Of a stretch of DNA of 64,000 nt, positions 24,229 through 41,700 are shown in pieces. Positions within the stretch are counted from its first letter, which is position 1; each line of letters starts with the position of its first letter. The DNA is from Dipteris shenzhenensis (taxonomy: Eukaryota). The stretch is from assembly GCA_047967505.1 (NCBI GenBank), contig CM106538.1; one strand, given 5' to 3'. The position numbers were made by a program, and so were the translations under genes. The notes under the pieces are model-generated. The model saw nothing but the letters and a program-made list of their open reading frames with translations, made no database searches and was not told where the DNA came from.

Positions 24229-27200
24229 TAAATTGTCTCTCTCAGAACCCTCATTAGTGGCTCTATCTTTATCATCAATAAATCCTTTAACCAATGATCA
24301 ATTGGATTGAAAATAATCCTCCCACAGTGATTTACCTTAGTTGATCAGATCTTCTATCAGAAATACTTGACCTTGATCCTTTATTGTTTCGTTGCCCTTC
24401 CCAAGGACTTACACATCATTCACATCCTCATAGATATCTCTAATACACACAAAAAAGAGTCAAGAACAATGGACTTGGAGCTTTGCTCCTCAACAATTGT
24501 GGATGACTTCGGAGAACTTGTGTGGAATAGACTGGAGAACTCCCTCTACTTTTGGCTATATAGCTTGCACTTGCACTATTCTTACGTGAGGCCTACCCTC
24601 AATATGTATCCTCCTTGCTCTATTTATCTTTCTTTAATCTGAAGCCTCATTCTAGTCATAGGCATGAACTTTAGGGATCCAAGTTGGCATACTCCTCTTA
24701 AGATATTTACTTAACTAGGCAGCTCACAAATGCGCATTACTAATATCCACAACTCAATATTCCACTAACTCATTAAACAATCATTGCCTTCAGGCAGTCT
24801 AGGATCCTCATGAGTTGTGTACATAGATTGTGTAGATAGTACATAACATATACACACATGAAAAATACTAGAGAACTCCATAGCTTTCTTAGCATAGAAA
24901 CATGGAGGGGTCTCAATGGCATCATGCTCACAAAATACCCTTTGACTACAGCTGTGGGTGGCAAGAACTAACATGGTGGCTATAGAAAAATACAACAGCC
25001 TCCATGTGGCCTCTAGGTGGTAGACTTACATTTGGTATGGTAATGCTAGTGCTACAAGCACTAGTTAACATGCTCACTATAGAAAAATACAACCGCCTCC
25101 ATGGGGCCTCTAGGTGGTATACTTATAATTCATCTGGTAATGCTAGTGCTACATGCACTATTATAGTGCAAATTGTAGTTGATAAGTCTCTATAGAGATG
25201 ATAGGTGGTGCAATTTTGGGTCGGGTTGAAAATTTGGACCCACCAATGTGGGTGATGGTGAAGTATCATGCTACTCAAGAAATCCAACAATGAGCACATG
25301 AGATATTGTACATGTCATCATGAGCTTGCTACTAATTTTGCAAGTGCTCATCATCATGACATGCCCCCAAATAGTTTCTTGATTGGATACACCGAATCAT
25401 GCTTTTAACCTACTCAAAGAAAAAACTTTGTTTGCATTCTCAATTTCAAAGTTGGATGTCTGTCAATGCCATAATTGGATAGCATGCCCCTCAAAAAAAT
25501 CATGTTATCATGAGGTTGCTACCAAATGTAATCCCATCCACTAGTGCTCATCATTGTGCAAAAGAATGCCTTGATTGGATACACCATATCATGATTTGAC
25601 CTTACTCAAGAAAAATATTCTACATATTATTTATATTCTCGAGAGTTAGATATCCTTCAAGATCACAGATGCTGATGACTTCATCATTTGTACTATTGGG
25701 TTTATTGTGATCATGCATGCATGTATGTATGTATGCAGGCACATCATTCCATTGTTGTTAAATTTCTTTTGATACTATTTGTTGATAGTTCCGCTGACAA
25801 GTGACCTACATTCATGACATAGTTTGGCTTTAGTTGTCTTAGCAACAACATACATATATACATGCAAGTGTATCTACATGTGTAGATACACAGTTGCACG
25901 TGTGCATGCGTGGGAACACATGTATGTACGCACAATATGTATGTTAGTGAAGGGTGCCATTTTTGTGAAATCTCTTGCACATTGGTACTATTCATTATAA
26001 TTATACATGCATACTATTACACATGTGGGAACGCACGCGCGCATGTGCACACACACAATGATTGTATGTATGTGTGTTAGTGGAGGGTGCCATTGTTGTG
26101 AAATCTCTAGTTGCCCATTGGTACTATTCATTATAATTATATATACATACTATTACACCAATCAATGTTAGCATGGATACACACTATTTGATCAAGTTAT
26201 TGCTCATGAAATCCATGCTTTTACAAAAATGTGAAGTGTAAAGTTTGCCAAAGGAGCCAATATAATATTTCAAAAATGTGAAGTGTAAAGTTTGCCAAAT
26301 CACATTTCGAGACAAGTAACAAGACAAATACATACTTTGGATGTTAAGTAAAAGGTTTTCCACAAAAGGTTATGCATTTGCCATAATAGATGTCCATGTG
26401 AATTTCATTTAAGGAATATTTAAATGTTTATACAATCAAGATACTAATAGCTTTCAAGCTATCTTGGTTTAATATTGCTTCCTTTTTCAAAGGAAAAGTT
26501 TTCAATTTCATTAATAGATGTAAAAATCCACCAATAGCTTTCAAGCTATCTTCGCTTCCTTTTTCACATTTCAAGTTAACCGTAAGGAAAGTTAGCTCCT
26601 TTCAATCCATCTATCCCTTTCTATTAGGTCCTTTCAACTTTTCAAAGCATGAAACAAAGTTTTATATCTAGATCTATATGAGTGCAAAACATTTCTTTGA
26701 TTTGAAGAGTTGAAATCAAAAGACGATCTTTGGGACTACTATATACCAAAAAGTGATCATTTCCAAATTGTTTATCTATTTTATAAAATTATGCATGTAA
26801 TTATGGTCATAGAGCTAGCTGGTCACTAGAGACTCACTGTTTTTAATTGTAAAGGTCGGAGACAAAAAGACATCTAAATACTCACAAGAAGGTATAACCC
26901 TTTAGGTTCTTGCCACCAGGAATGCTTCTTTAATATCCTGGGCATTTTCAATATACTTCTTGGTATTTAAAATTTTGTGAAAGTGTACAAAATCATGAGT
27001 CTTCTCTCTCTAGAGAGAAGATTCCCAAAAAGAGATGCTGACTACACGATAATGTGATGTTTACATTACGACAAAATATATATACAAATCAACTCAAATA
27101 AAATATTACAAATTAGGCATAGACTCCACGCTAAAGTGGCACATCACAAATGCTTTTTGCAAATCCAAGAATACCACACTTGGAATCATTGTGTAACTTC

Positions 27201-28165
27201 AACCGTGGCACCATGTTTGCTAAATATTATTAAGGTCACACAATGGGCCTTTGATCAATCTACTATGAGCTGACCCAAGGTATAAGTTTTTCTAAATAAA
27301 AAAAACAATGGACGAGAGCAGCTCCTCTCCATCATGACTAGACCTTAGCATCATCACATTTTGATGAGCTATGTGAGGCAGTAATGCAAATAATTCTAAA
27401 TCTACTTAGGACCATCATCTTGAATGGGGTGGCTTTTAAAATTATGAGTCTTTGAAGATCCTGCAGCAAAAATGGAAATTCGAACGACTCCATACATTGC
27501 AAATGGCTTCCTTCTCTCTTGTAAAGTTTGATTTCATGTCTCTATATAGAGGCCATTATTTATAGAACTTTTTTCCTTCCATTCTTTGTCGTAGATAACA
27601 TCTACTCAACCACAGCTCGCAGATATCCTCTTTCATTATTTATGGCCAAACTAGACAGCTTTCTATCATGTAACTCTACAGAGTGAACGCTTAGTATTGA
27701 TAGTTTCAAACTGCTTAGCCTTTGTTTTATCATCTTGTAAAAGACAGCAAGGATGTAAAATTTTCCCCATTCGGAACTTCATCCAGCAATGAATAGGAAG
27801 TTTATAACAGTAAAATTATCCAAGACTATATTAACATGGATACTTGTATATGGAACCCAAAACACCCAAGAAATGATATGCCTTTCAAATTTACATTGTA
27901 ATGAGAAATAAGGTTGAGATTCCAGGACAAGGATGTTGTATCTTTCCATACTATTTCTTGACACTTTATCAGCGGAATCCAGCAGAGCCTTTTGCATCTA
28001 CAGAAGCTAAAAAACGTGTGTGAGACAATGTACAGTGAGCTTTGCTTTGGAACCCATGGCTATAAATTTCGGAAAAATGAGGCCGAGGTTCAGAAGCTGT
28101 GCGAAGGCTTTCAAGCTGTGCAAAGTCTTTCAAGCGTGCAATTTCTGAGTTGTAGAGGAAAATAT

Positions 28166-31442
<3,277 letters not shown>

Positions 31443-31557
31443 GGCTATGGCGATGGAACTCGAAGCTATGCTGTGCAGGGTGGTGATGAAGAAGAAGAAG
31501 CAGCAGAGAGTATACACTGAGAGCGATAGGTTTGTGTGTCTGTAATAATAAGCAAAA

Positions 31558-31580
31558 TCCTTTATATTAAGTTTATAAGT
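31558..31580 (-). promoter_or_regulatory. Probable TATA box of the ACL5-like gene
   Basis: The minus strand reads CTTATAAACTTAATATAAAG about 120 bp upstream of the ATG, between the 5' UTR and a GC-rich region. Confidence 0.55.
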
Positions 31581-31619
31581 ACTTTCTACATCCTTTGAAT
31601 TGTGTACCCTTAGCCCCTA

Positions 31620-32920
31620 TTTTTATACTGCCTCGCCTCGGTTGCCCCGCTGGCCTTCCCCTTGCCACCTGGACCCCACGTCGACCCCCCCCACTCTTCC
31701 ACCCCTGTTATTATGACGGCTATTATCAAACCCTTGTGTCGTTCTCATTCCTTTTAACCCCTCCACGTCATCCAACCGCGGCCTCCGGCCCCCAATTTCC
31801 GGCCGTCCTTTTCGCGCTTTTTGCCGCGTGGCCCCCGTCCCGGCTTGGAAGCGTGCAGGTAATGCTGGCGTCACGCCCCACGTGGACCGTGCCGGGATTC
31901 CATCCCGTCCCCGCCGGCCGTCTATCTGGACCACGGATAAGTATCACGATCCCCCGGCTGCCCGGGCGTGCGCCTGCACCCCACCCGGCCTATCCCATCA
32001 TGCCTGCCCGCCCCGCCCCAGCATGGCAGACAACGCCCGGGCAGACAGTGCCGCCGGCTGCCCCCACCGCGAAAGTATCACGACGGGCGAAGTAGGTGGG
32101 AGCGCACGTGTAGGCTCATGGATCGCCCGTGCTAGCCCTAAGACTAGCCCTCGTAGGCTACTAGTCCTTCATGGTACTACTGTCTACATCCCTATGATCT
32201 ATCGTGCGGCCTTATCGATGTATGCAGTTGGATTTTTCATCATTTCATGATTCATCATATTTCAATTCGCGCGTGCCTGCCACTAGATCGTGCCATCCCG
32301 TTGGTCGTTTGCATGGACCTTGGCCATATTTATATCTTTGCCAATTTAGCCGGCGATTTGGCGGCTAAATGCACCCACGTTGACTGCGTGTCATGTCTGT
32401 CCACCCCTGCAAGCGACGCCCCTAAACCCCTAGTCAACCCCTGCCCCAGCCAGTCCTGTCTCGCCGCGTGGCCGAATCTACATGCATGTTTGCCAGCGTG
32501 GCGTGGACGTGGCACGGGCCCCTCCCCCGCCCCTCCCCCCCCCAAAGCCGAATCCTAATTGGAAACTCCATCTTTTGCGGCTATAATCATTACGGCTCCT
32601 TTCTTTTTTACCCGACCCATTTAGTTTGAACTTCGAAAAGTTTATAGCAGATGCGGAATGTGGGATCTTGGATTCCGTGAATCCAATTCAAATCCGAACA
32701 GCACGAGCACGATTTTCAAAGAATCCGGCAGCACTTGGATCAGCTTTTATATCATCCCGCTGTAGCATTGGCCCTCGCCGGGAATATTCGCCGGGAATCG
32801 AGAGGCCGAAGCACGCTCGCATCGCCGGCATTGATTCCGGTAATACTCGCGTGGACCCCCTTGCTCGCACGCCTAATGCCTTATCAATATTGTTATTAGC
32901 CCCCTCTTAACCGCCTTTAT
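31620..32920 (-). promoter_or_regulatory. GC/CpG-rich upstream regulatory region of ACL5 with G-boxes, an AuxRE and an HD-ZIP III-type site
   Basis: CpGs are retained, unlike in the surrounding transposons. CACGTG at 31879 and 32105, TGTCTC at 32457, and ATAATCATTAC (minus strand GTAATGATTAT) at 32583-32593. Confidence 0.55.
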
Positions 32921-33309
32921 CATGCCACGTCACCACCCAATAACTACCTTTGCATGGCAACCAGATGGAGTCACTTGTTTCCACGAAACAACACATGCGC
33001 ATGTCACTCTCAGTCCATAAAAAGTGAATTATATGTCCTAAAAAAAATTGTATGTAGGAACTCGTCACTAACATAGTTAACGTGTGCTTAGAATTTTGAA
33101 ATCTCTCTCAAGAACCCTAAAAGTAAAATACTTGAAAAAATCCTTGTATTGTAAGGATATCATTTCTTTTGTTGAGTGACGTCCACTCGTGCTAGCTCCA
33201 TGTACGTACCAATCTACAACGGACTTTATATCATAAATGCAAGAGAATCCAATGTCTTAAAAATGGCCCAAGTAGTCCGCTTATGAAGCTTTATTAATGT
33301 TTTTTTCTT

Positions 33310-33850
33310 TTGGGGAGCAAACGGTAAAAGGGCATCCCTGTTTGATTGACTACATTAAAGGGAAAGGCTTGCTCATTTCACCATTGACACCAATTTTGGT
33401 TGATGCATTAGTTACCAGGAGCTTCATATAAGAGTAAAAAAGAGGTCCCAAGCTAAAGCTTTGGCTGCAGTTTGGCAAAGATTTTATAACTACAGTTCAA
33501 CATAGTGAGGGGTCTCCAATTCCTAAGTTCATCCTTATGTCCTTCTTTGGGAATGAGCTCAATAACCCTTCCATTGATATGGGTAGGCAGAGCTCGATTC
33601 TTGACACTTTCTTGCCAAAGGAGGAGAAGATAAGGCCCAATCACCTCCAAGAATGCTTTATAAAACTCAATAGGCAATCCATCCTCTCGAGGGGTTTTCC
33701 CATCAGCCATGACAGAAACCACCTCTTTAAGTTCTTCCAGGGAGAGATATCTCTCCAGAAAGACCATATCAAACCTCTGTACAATGTTCTCTCTCATAGC
33801 CTAGCAGAGATTTCTAGCCCTCTGCACCTCCTCATTTGGTACAATAGTAG
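33310..33850 (-). mobile_element. LINE (L1/Tx1-type) reverse transcriptase fragment
   Basis: EELKEVVSVMADGKTPREDGLPIEFYKAF...LIPKEGHKDELRNWRPLTMLNCSYKIFAK, and downstream VNGEMSKPF..SIKQGCP. Confidence 0.9.
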
Positions 33851-34439
33851 AGGAAAGCAGAGATTGGTACAACTTTATTAATATTCAAAAGGAAGAAATT
33901 ATAGCCTCCTAAAACTGGGTGGCAACTCCAAAATTGGCTTATGTAAAGTTCTTCATAACTTCCGAGTGAGCTTGCTTGAAATTTGAATTTTCTTGGCATA
34001 AAATCCAAGCGTGACTCTTAAACTAGCCAAAATATCCTTTAATAGAGATGCATCCTTCTGAATCTTCTTGAAGATCACTTTGTTACGGAACTGTGATTGC
34101 TTGATCTAGTTGCTAGACATCCCAAATAGCATAATTGAGTTTAACTTTGTCACCTAGTATTGCAATTTTCCATGTGACCATGATTACAATATCAGCATTA
34201 CTCCCAATTTTAGTCCACGCATTCCTGACTCTATTATATTCCCATAATAGATGGTAGTGCGTCTCCTTTTTAATCCACAAAGAGGACAACAAAGGGAAAT
34301 ATATAAGTTCCCTTTGGCCAATCTAGCTCTTATCGGTGACTTCCAAGCAATAACCTTCTAAAGGAAAAAACTTAGTATGAGTGAGGGAGCCGCTTTCCAT
34401 GTTCATAACTATGTGTGTGTGTGTGTGTGTGTGTGTGTT

Positions 34440-34504
<65 letters not shown>

Positions 34505-34633
34505 TGCGTGCACATGCACTTGCACACACACAAGTGCATGCACATGGGCATGCATGCGTGTACATACACATGTAAAATAATATATTTTTTTGTATAAAAC
34601 TTTCACTATTGGAATCCTCCCCATTCAAACCAA

Positions 34634-34855
34634 CACTATGTTAGGTCATTTGGGAATTTCCAATATGGTTAAGATTTGGACACATGGTCAAATCTTAACC
34701 CTTTACCTGAAACTAGAATCCACTATAAACAATATATTAGGGAATCCTTCCAAGGCCCTTTTCAAATAAATGGTTAAGATTTAGCCACATGGTCAAATCT
34801 CAATCCCTTATTTGAAAGTGGGACTTAGGAGATTCCCCAATTTCCTAATATAGTG
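34634..34855. mobile_element. CACTA-terminated MITE-like element (~222 bp)
   Basis: Left end CACTATGTTAGGTCATTTGGGAATTTCC; reverse complement of right end CACTATATTAGGAAATTGGGGAATCTCC. Two internal hairpins, GGTTAAGATTT...AAATCTTAACC (second imperfect). TSD not evident. Confidence 0.65.
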
Positions 34856-36017
34856 TTAACCCCCTTTATTTAAAAAAACCACATGTTTTATGATCACTAA
34901 ATTGCCCATGTAACTTTGACTAAACCCATGTGCATAAGTACTAATAGGAGAGTTTTTGGAAGCCTTTATCTCCCTTGGTTTATCTCGTAATAGGAAACAT
35001 GGTAGCAATAGCTCCCTCAATTCCTAACATAAATTGTAAAGAGTAGTAGATTACCATGTGTGGAGAGCATATATCATCATGATAGTGATTTCTTGAGCCA
35101 TATACACATAGTGCATAGCCAATTGTTCAATCTCCTTATTCTTGAGATGAATGGAGAACAAGTGGAAATTTGAAACTTTAGTCTCCTCATTATTGAAACA
35201 AACATAAATCAAGAAAACTAGGGAGGGAAACTTGGATCCCTGTAATGCAATATTATATAACAATGAAGCAAATTCTTTATATAATGTGGACTTTGGTATG
35301 TCTCTTTTCCAACACTTCATACATTGCCTTTTTGGCTCAAGTTCCAAATCCCCTCCTAGATTGACTTGTCATGGCATGCACTTCTCCTTGGAATCCTCTT
35401 AGATCGTGTGCTCTTCTACTATGGTGGCCAACATGGCCTCTTCAGCTCCTAATTTATAATATGTGTGTTCCAGACACTGATGTCTCTGGCTCATTTTCCA
35501 TACTTCACTAGCTTCTTTTATCAAGATGATTGTTCTCAGATCTCATTTCCCCTTTTCCAAGAATCAATCTTGAATATAGTATTGGTTCTAATACATGGCC
35601 TACAAGGATTTCAAATTACCTCTATCATCTTCTCCATTCTTAGGAGCTGTGTGGCCGTCCACTCTTTTTTAAAGTTGAATTTATCTTTTGTCAAGATGCA
35701 TCCCTATTAGATCATGGAAGGATCATCGATCATCTATGTCTCCTTCGATAGTCCTATTTGGAACCAAGGGACTCACTATGTATCTAGCATGTATGTTCAA
35801 GGGCATAATATAAATACCGTTAGCTTATGTAAATAGCTACTTTATCTTGAACTATCATAAACTTTATTTTTGATAAATGTATGTGCTATCTTACATATTC
35901 TAGCTTATTTCTTAGTGAACACCCTGTGTTTTGGATGACCTAGGCATGCATTGGACATTTAGCATGGGACTTGAGTCTAGAACTTATACTATTATTATAT
36001 CCTTTTGCTACTACTAC

Positions 36018-36063
<46 letters not shown>

Positions 36064-37599
36064 CTCTCTCTCTCTCTCTCTCTCTCTTCATCTCCCTCAT
36101 ATGTAGAAGTATGCCTCTTATTTGTAAATTCATATATATTGAGAACGTTTTGTCTTGGTATAGCTCTCAACATCATTAATGCATAAACAATGGTCTAACT
36201 TTGGCTTATGTTTTGGATGGATTCACGTAATTGAACCTCCCCTTGGAGCTATACTAGGATTTGGAAACTTCTAAAGGAGTATCTTTTTAATTAATGACAT
36301 CACAATGGAATACTTCTCTTTTTATGCAAGTTATTGAGTCTTTCTTTATTTAATGTTGTTAGTTTATTAGTCAATGAAACTCATGATTAGTCAGTAGAAT
36401 AGGCACACATAGTTACCATCTTCAATCCTTTAGAAAGGGAAGATCATCATTTCTTGCACATTGACAGATCATAAACTATGCTTAGAATCTAGACATTTCT
36501 AGGTGGGGTTTCAATGCTCTTAATCACATTGTTGACATACCGATCTTCCATTGGAGTAAAAACCCATGGTGCCTTTCATAACGTCACCGTACCATTTATC
36601 TCAATTGGCCACATGCTCTTGTTTGTTCAAATAATCCTCAAGTATTCTCAATGATATTTTTGCCAATTGCATATAGCCCATCATATGCTTCCATAGGCTT
36701 TAGAGACATTTTTCAATTTGTGCATCTATCCAAAAGGTAGCTGAATTTCAATGGAAGGGTGTAGAAATAGAAAGCCTTTCCATGACTGTGTTGATGTGTT
36801 AGGGTCCATCTATCCTATGAACCAATATCTTGCCTTTAAAATTTAAGATGCTTTTGTCATATCAAGCTCACCAATTGAAGCATGGATGCAGTAGGGATGA
36901 TCCATAGGAAGATCCTTTTGATGGTTTTCATATACCACATTTTCAAGGAGTGTGGAGTGGCGACCACCATAGGAAGATCCTTCTGATGGTTTTGATATAC
37001 CACATTTTCAAGGAGTGTGGAGTGGCAACCAAAATATCTCCACAAAATGGGCTATCATAATATCCTTGCACTTTCCAATCTACCCAATCACGTAGCTTGG
37101 ATAGTCATGCATGGTCCATAGTAAAGGCTCCATAACATTAGGTCTCTTTCATTGATAGATCATGAGATATCGATAATACACTTAAGTGCCATGCCACAAA
37201 GCTTGAAGTTGATCTTCCAATCATGGAAAAATACACGGCATTGTTTTTCATATTCACCTAAGTGCTATGTCACAAAGCTTGAAGCTCATCTACCAAGGGT
37301 GCAAATACACATCCATGTCCTTCATCTTATGCTTTCTTGGAACTATTGGGAATAGCAAGAGATGTCCCTTCTTTATTAGTAGTAAGAAACAGTGGAATAT
37401 TGTAGTTTACAAGTATGATTGGAATACCACGGGATGGTCTTGAAGCAAGAGGTAGTGGTGGTCATCCTACATTTTCTAGTACCCACATATAATCTTGCCT
37501 TGTATTCATTTCCCCAACCATTCCTTAGTACATATGTTAGTTTCTCCTTTCCAACTGTACATTTGAAAGAATGTAAAACTCCATACCTTTACTATTTGT

Positions 37600-38700
37600 T
37601 ACTTCCGCATTGACATCACAATTATCACATTTACTGAGGGGAGCACTTACATCATGTTCACCTTCATAGATTGGGTCCATGCTGACAATTTTGTCATTGG
37701 TGATGCATTTGGAAGGAACATGATTGCCATGTGCCTACTTATCAACATGCAAGTTTTTGTTGCAATGTCTCCATTGTTCCTTTCATACATGCACATCAAT
37801 AACATGATAATTTCCTTGTTCTCAATTGAGTAGCATCGTGTTTGCAAATCCATGCACGTAATGCATGGACCAGGAGCTGTTGAACGTGTGGGATCCTCAT
37901 TTATTAGACCTACCCACACCCCCAGACCAACCTCCCAAAATATCATGTTCACATCTCATTCTGCTGATGGGTAGCTTGCATGTGATCGATGATTCAACCT
38001 TGACCTTAGGAACTTGATCACATTGCTAGCACATTGCAATTCTTCCTCATCCATCTTTAGTTCCACATGTCTCAAGGATCTCTTCACCACTACACTTGCA
38101 TCATCATGCTCCCCCTTCCCATGACCTAAGACAAAGAAATTACATGTCACTCACATGTCTGTACTTAACTTGCCAATTTTGAGAAACAAAGTAGAAGGGA
38201 CTTGCAGCCTTGATCTTGATGCAACACCATCTAACAAAACCCATTGCCTTTTTTGTTTTGCACCTTGATCCCTTATACAATGGTGGTGCAATAGAAAGTA
38301 GTATTGAACAAAAAGAGTATTATGGTCCTTGTCATCATCAGAGACATAGAAGTGCATATCTTTGTGAAAATTCTTTCCCCCCTCAATCTCAATGTGTCGA
38401 TGCATTATGGTGAGTTCGTCAGAATACCAATGCATTGATTGTATTTCATTTCCCCCCCTTAAAACTACAATTTATTACAAAGTCAACCACTAAGACAACA
38501 ACATTCACTACTTGAATTTCTTAACTTGTGAGATTGCCACCAAGTCATGTGCAATAAATTTTCCCATGATGCGGCTTCCATGTACTTGGCACATTGGACA
38601 CTACAACCTCCTTGTATGCCAATACCTTCTTGGTTTTCTTCTTCCCCTTGTCATTGAAACCTACATCTATGTCTTCACTTGCAAAAATCCCATTTAAGGC
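37600..38700 (-). mobile_element. Decayed Sola2-like DDD transposase
   Basis: Motif succession VVDF(VIN)CSF..NEIQSMHWYS...HFYVSDDDKDHNTLFVQ...WVLLDGVAS...NFFVLGHGKGEHDDASVVVKRSLR, matching the recalled Sola2 pattern DFAENY / EIQSxHW / SDG / HGKGxxDG. Confidence 0.65.
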
Positions 38701-38711
38701 ACTGAGCTCTC

Positions 38712-38777
<66 letters not shown>

Positions 38778-38978
38778 TGTGTGTGTGTGTGTGTGTGCAT
38801 GACTTGCCCCACATAGCCTCACGGCTCTAGGTGATCATCCCTTCACCACCCCTCCCTCATCCGATGTCCCCCTTCTCAATGGTTGTTTGATATTACTATA
38901 AAACCACTTGTTATAGCCTCTCCACTAATTGTTTCCCTCCACTAGTGAACCTCTCCTCGGAGTCATTTCTGCGCATCA

Positions 38979-39073
<95 letters not shown>

Positions 39074-41199
39074 ATATATATATATGCCATTGTTCCCCAT
39101 CAAGTTTTGAAAACCCGCATGGGTCTTGGTGGTTGAGGCTTTGGTTCGTGTCGTGGTGTGTGTGTGTGTGTTCAATCCCTACGGATCGCTTCGAATAAGC
39201 CAGAATTGGCTTCTTGGCATTGTTGCTATGAAGTAAAAAATTCCCATCCCTTTCTCTCTCTCATTATACCATGCTTAGCTCCCCTCACAAGCTCTCTATC
39301 ACCCCCTCTCAAGGGTATGTCTCCCTCACATCCCCCTTAATCCTCACAGCCTCTCCAAACCTCCTAGCATCTCCTCCCTCAATCCTTTAATATTTGATTG
39401 AGCCATGATTTGACATGTGGAAGCCCCTCTATACTTGCACATGGTAGAGCCATGAGTTGCACATGGCTAACCTCTATCGGTGCAATGCAAAAAATATTTT
39501 TTTAAGGTCTAAATTTGAAGTGACTTTATGTGCCTCAATTGAAGTCAGTTTTACAAAAAAAGGCTCATGAGTCTTTCTTTGAAGGCTCATAACTTTCTTC
39601 CCCAAAAGAATGTGGAGGCATTATGAAAAGAAAAAGGGTGTAGTTTCTCAAGCCCTTTGACACTATAGGAGTATATCCTACATGTGGAGCCTAGTTGGGA
39701 TATGCCAACTCAAATCAACCTCAATGGCTTGGGGGGTTCACACTTGAAGAACGTGACTGTCACATGAGTTCAATAAAAGGACATTTTCAAATCATGTTTT
39801 TAAACCAAAAAATGATATTTAGGGGCATTATAAAATCATCCTCTCGATGATTTGGGGGTTCCTATAGAGAAATTGTGACTATCACATGAGTACAACACAA
39901 GGACATTTTCAAATCATATTTTAACAAAAATATGTTTATAGAGGGGTATCATAAATATTTTGAACAAAGATGTAGATTTGCATAGAAAGATGGTGTCTTT
40001 TAATGATACAATAGTCACATATAAGGGATTTAAATAATAGGCCTTGAACACATGAAACATATCAGATTTACATATAGTGACCCTCTTGTGTTATTGGGAA
40101 TGTTTTCATTGCTCCATGTTTCATCCACGACTTCCATTACCTCTAAATCAAACCTTCGTACCACATTATGGGCTAGAAAAGCTAATCAATCACTAGCAAG
40201 GATTGTGAGTTTATTTGGTCCTACAGGATAATTGAAAGCCCTAATGGTGCCTCACCCTCTCATTTTTCCAAGTTTGGATTACTTTGAAACTTGGGATATT
40301 TTGTGTAATGTTAGGGTGCCATAGCGGACACCACTAGATGAGATTTCATGGAGGCTATGTGAAACTGAAGAGGTAGAAGAAGGTTCTCATGATTTTTATT
40401 TTCTAGCATTGATAATGGATATCTTTTTTGCACTCATGAACAAGTTGATGCCTCGATGAGCTCCTTGACACTAAGAAGTTATTGTATAGTCCTTCCTTTA
40501 ATTTGCACTCTTCTTTCTTTTCTTCATCAATATGGTGGGAATTGCATAGATTCATGGATGAGAATATGCAAGAGTACCTCATTTATTTCAAGCATCATTG
40601 CATGCCTCTGAATTTCTTCATAGAAGATAGATGGTTGTTGGTGCTCCCCATGTTTCGAGAAGGTTTGACATAGGTATGGTATGAAAAGTAGATTGATGCC
40701 ATTTGACAACATTGGCCATTTGACTACATCACTTGTTGAGTATTTTAGCAGACATGAAGGACCTAAAGATGGACATTTGTTGGTTGAGGCATGGAGAAGG
40801 GTAGATGGCTTGTTGATATGTGAATGGATGGCTGTTGGTGCTCCCCATGTTCCTAGAAGTTTTGCCATAGGTCTAGAATTAAAAGTAGACCGATGCCATT
40901 TGTCAAAGTTGGCCATGTTTGATTGCAGCATTTATGGAGCATTTTAGTAGAGATGAAAGTACCTAAAGATGTACATTTGTTGGTGGCAAGCTTGAGGCAA
41001 GTAGAAGGGTAGATGGCTTCTTGATCTCTTGGATTACATAGTTGCCACATAGCTAGATATTAAGGTTTACTACTATAACTACTCACGATACATGTTGAGT
41101 CACATGTGTTAAGAGTGGACAAGAAGGTCTGCTTAAAGATTCCCAGAGTTAATGGAACAAGCATATGAAATAGCATACAAGTATGAAAAAGTGTAGCCT

Positions 41200-41700
41200 A
41201 ATGTTGTAGCAAGGAGCCCCCAATTTTTGTATTGCCAAGTGTATCCCATTCTCCACAAAGGGTGATCTTTCAGCCTCATCCAATCCACAATCCCTTCTCT
41301 TTTCCATTCTCGCTCTAAATAAATTTCACCTTGAAATGGTTGGATTTAATAATGAAGTCAATATCGGCATGATCTCCACCAAGGATGTTAGAAGAAGGGC
41401 ACTACTATAATGAGTTCCCTATGCAACTCAAGAGAGACTTCTCAAGGGGTCAAGTACATAGGATACTCGATTTGAAGATTCTTGGCCATGAAAAAAGAAG
41501 GCAAGAAGGTGAACCATCAATACACATGGGCCTAAAAGGCCCAAAAAGAAGGTAACAATCTTTGAGCCGATCTTTGGGCCACCTATGATTCCAGATATAG
41601 AGATGCCAATACACAGAATCTAGAAAAGTTACTTGGTGATCCCTTGCAAGAAAATTAATACATTTCATCGAGGAATTTTTCTATTATGAGCTCTTAGGAA
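41200..41700 (-). mobile_element. Possible decayed LINE RT C-terminal fragment
   Basis: Weak remnants (LW...EWDTLGNTKIGG) with many stops. Confidence 0.3.

Noticed and set aside
31595-32910. GC-rich ORFs upstream of ACL5
   Set aside because: There are no recognisable domains and both strands are open. This is best explained as a GC-rich promoter.
34323-34628. ORFs with SLSLSL/ERERER/HTHT runs (also near 5364, 35931, 38929, 51540, 52649)
   Set aside because: These are translations of microsatellites.
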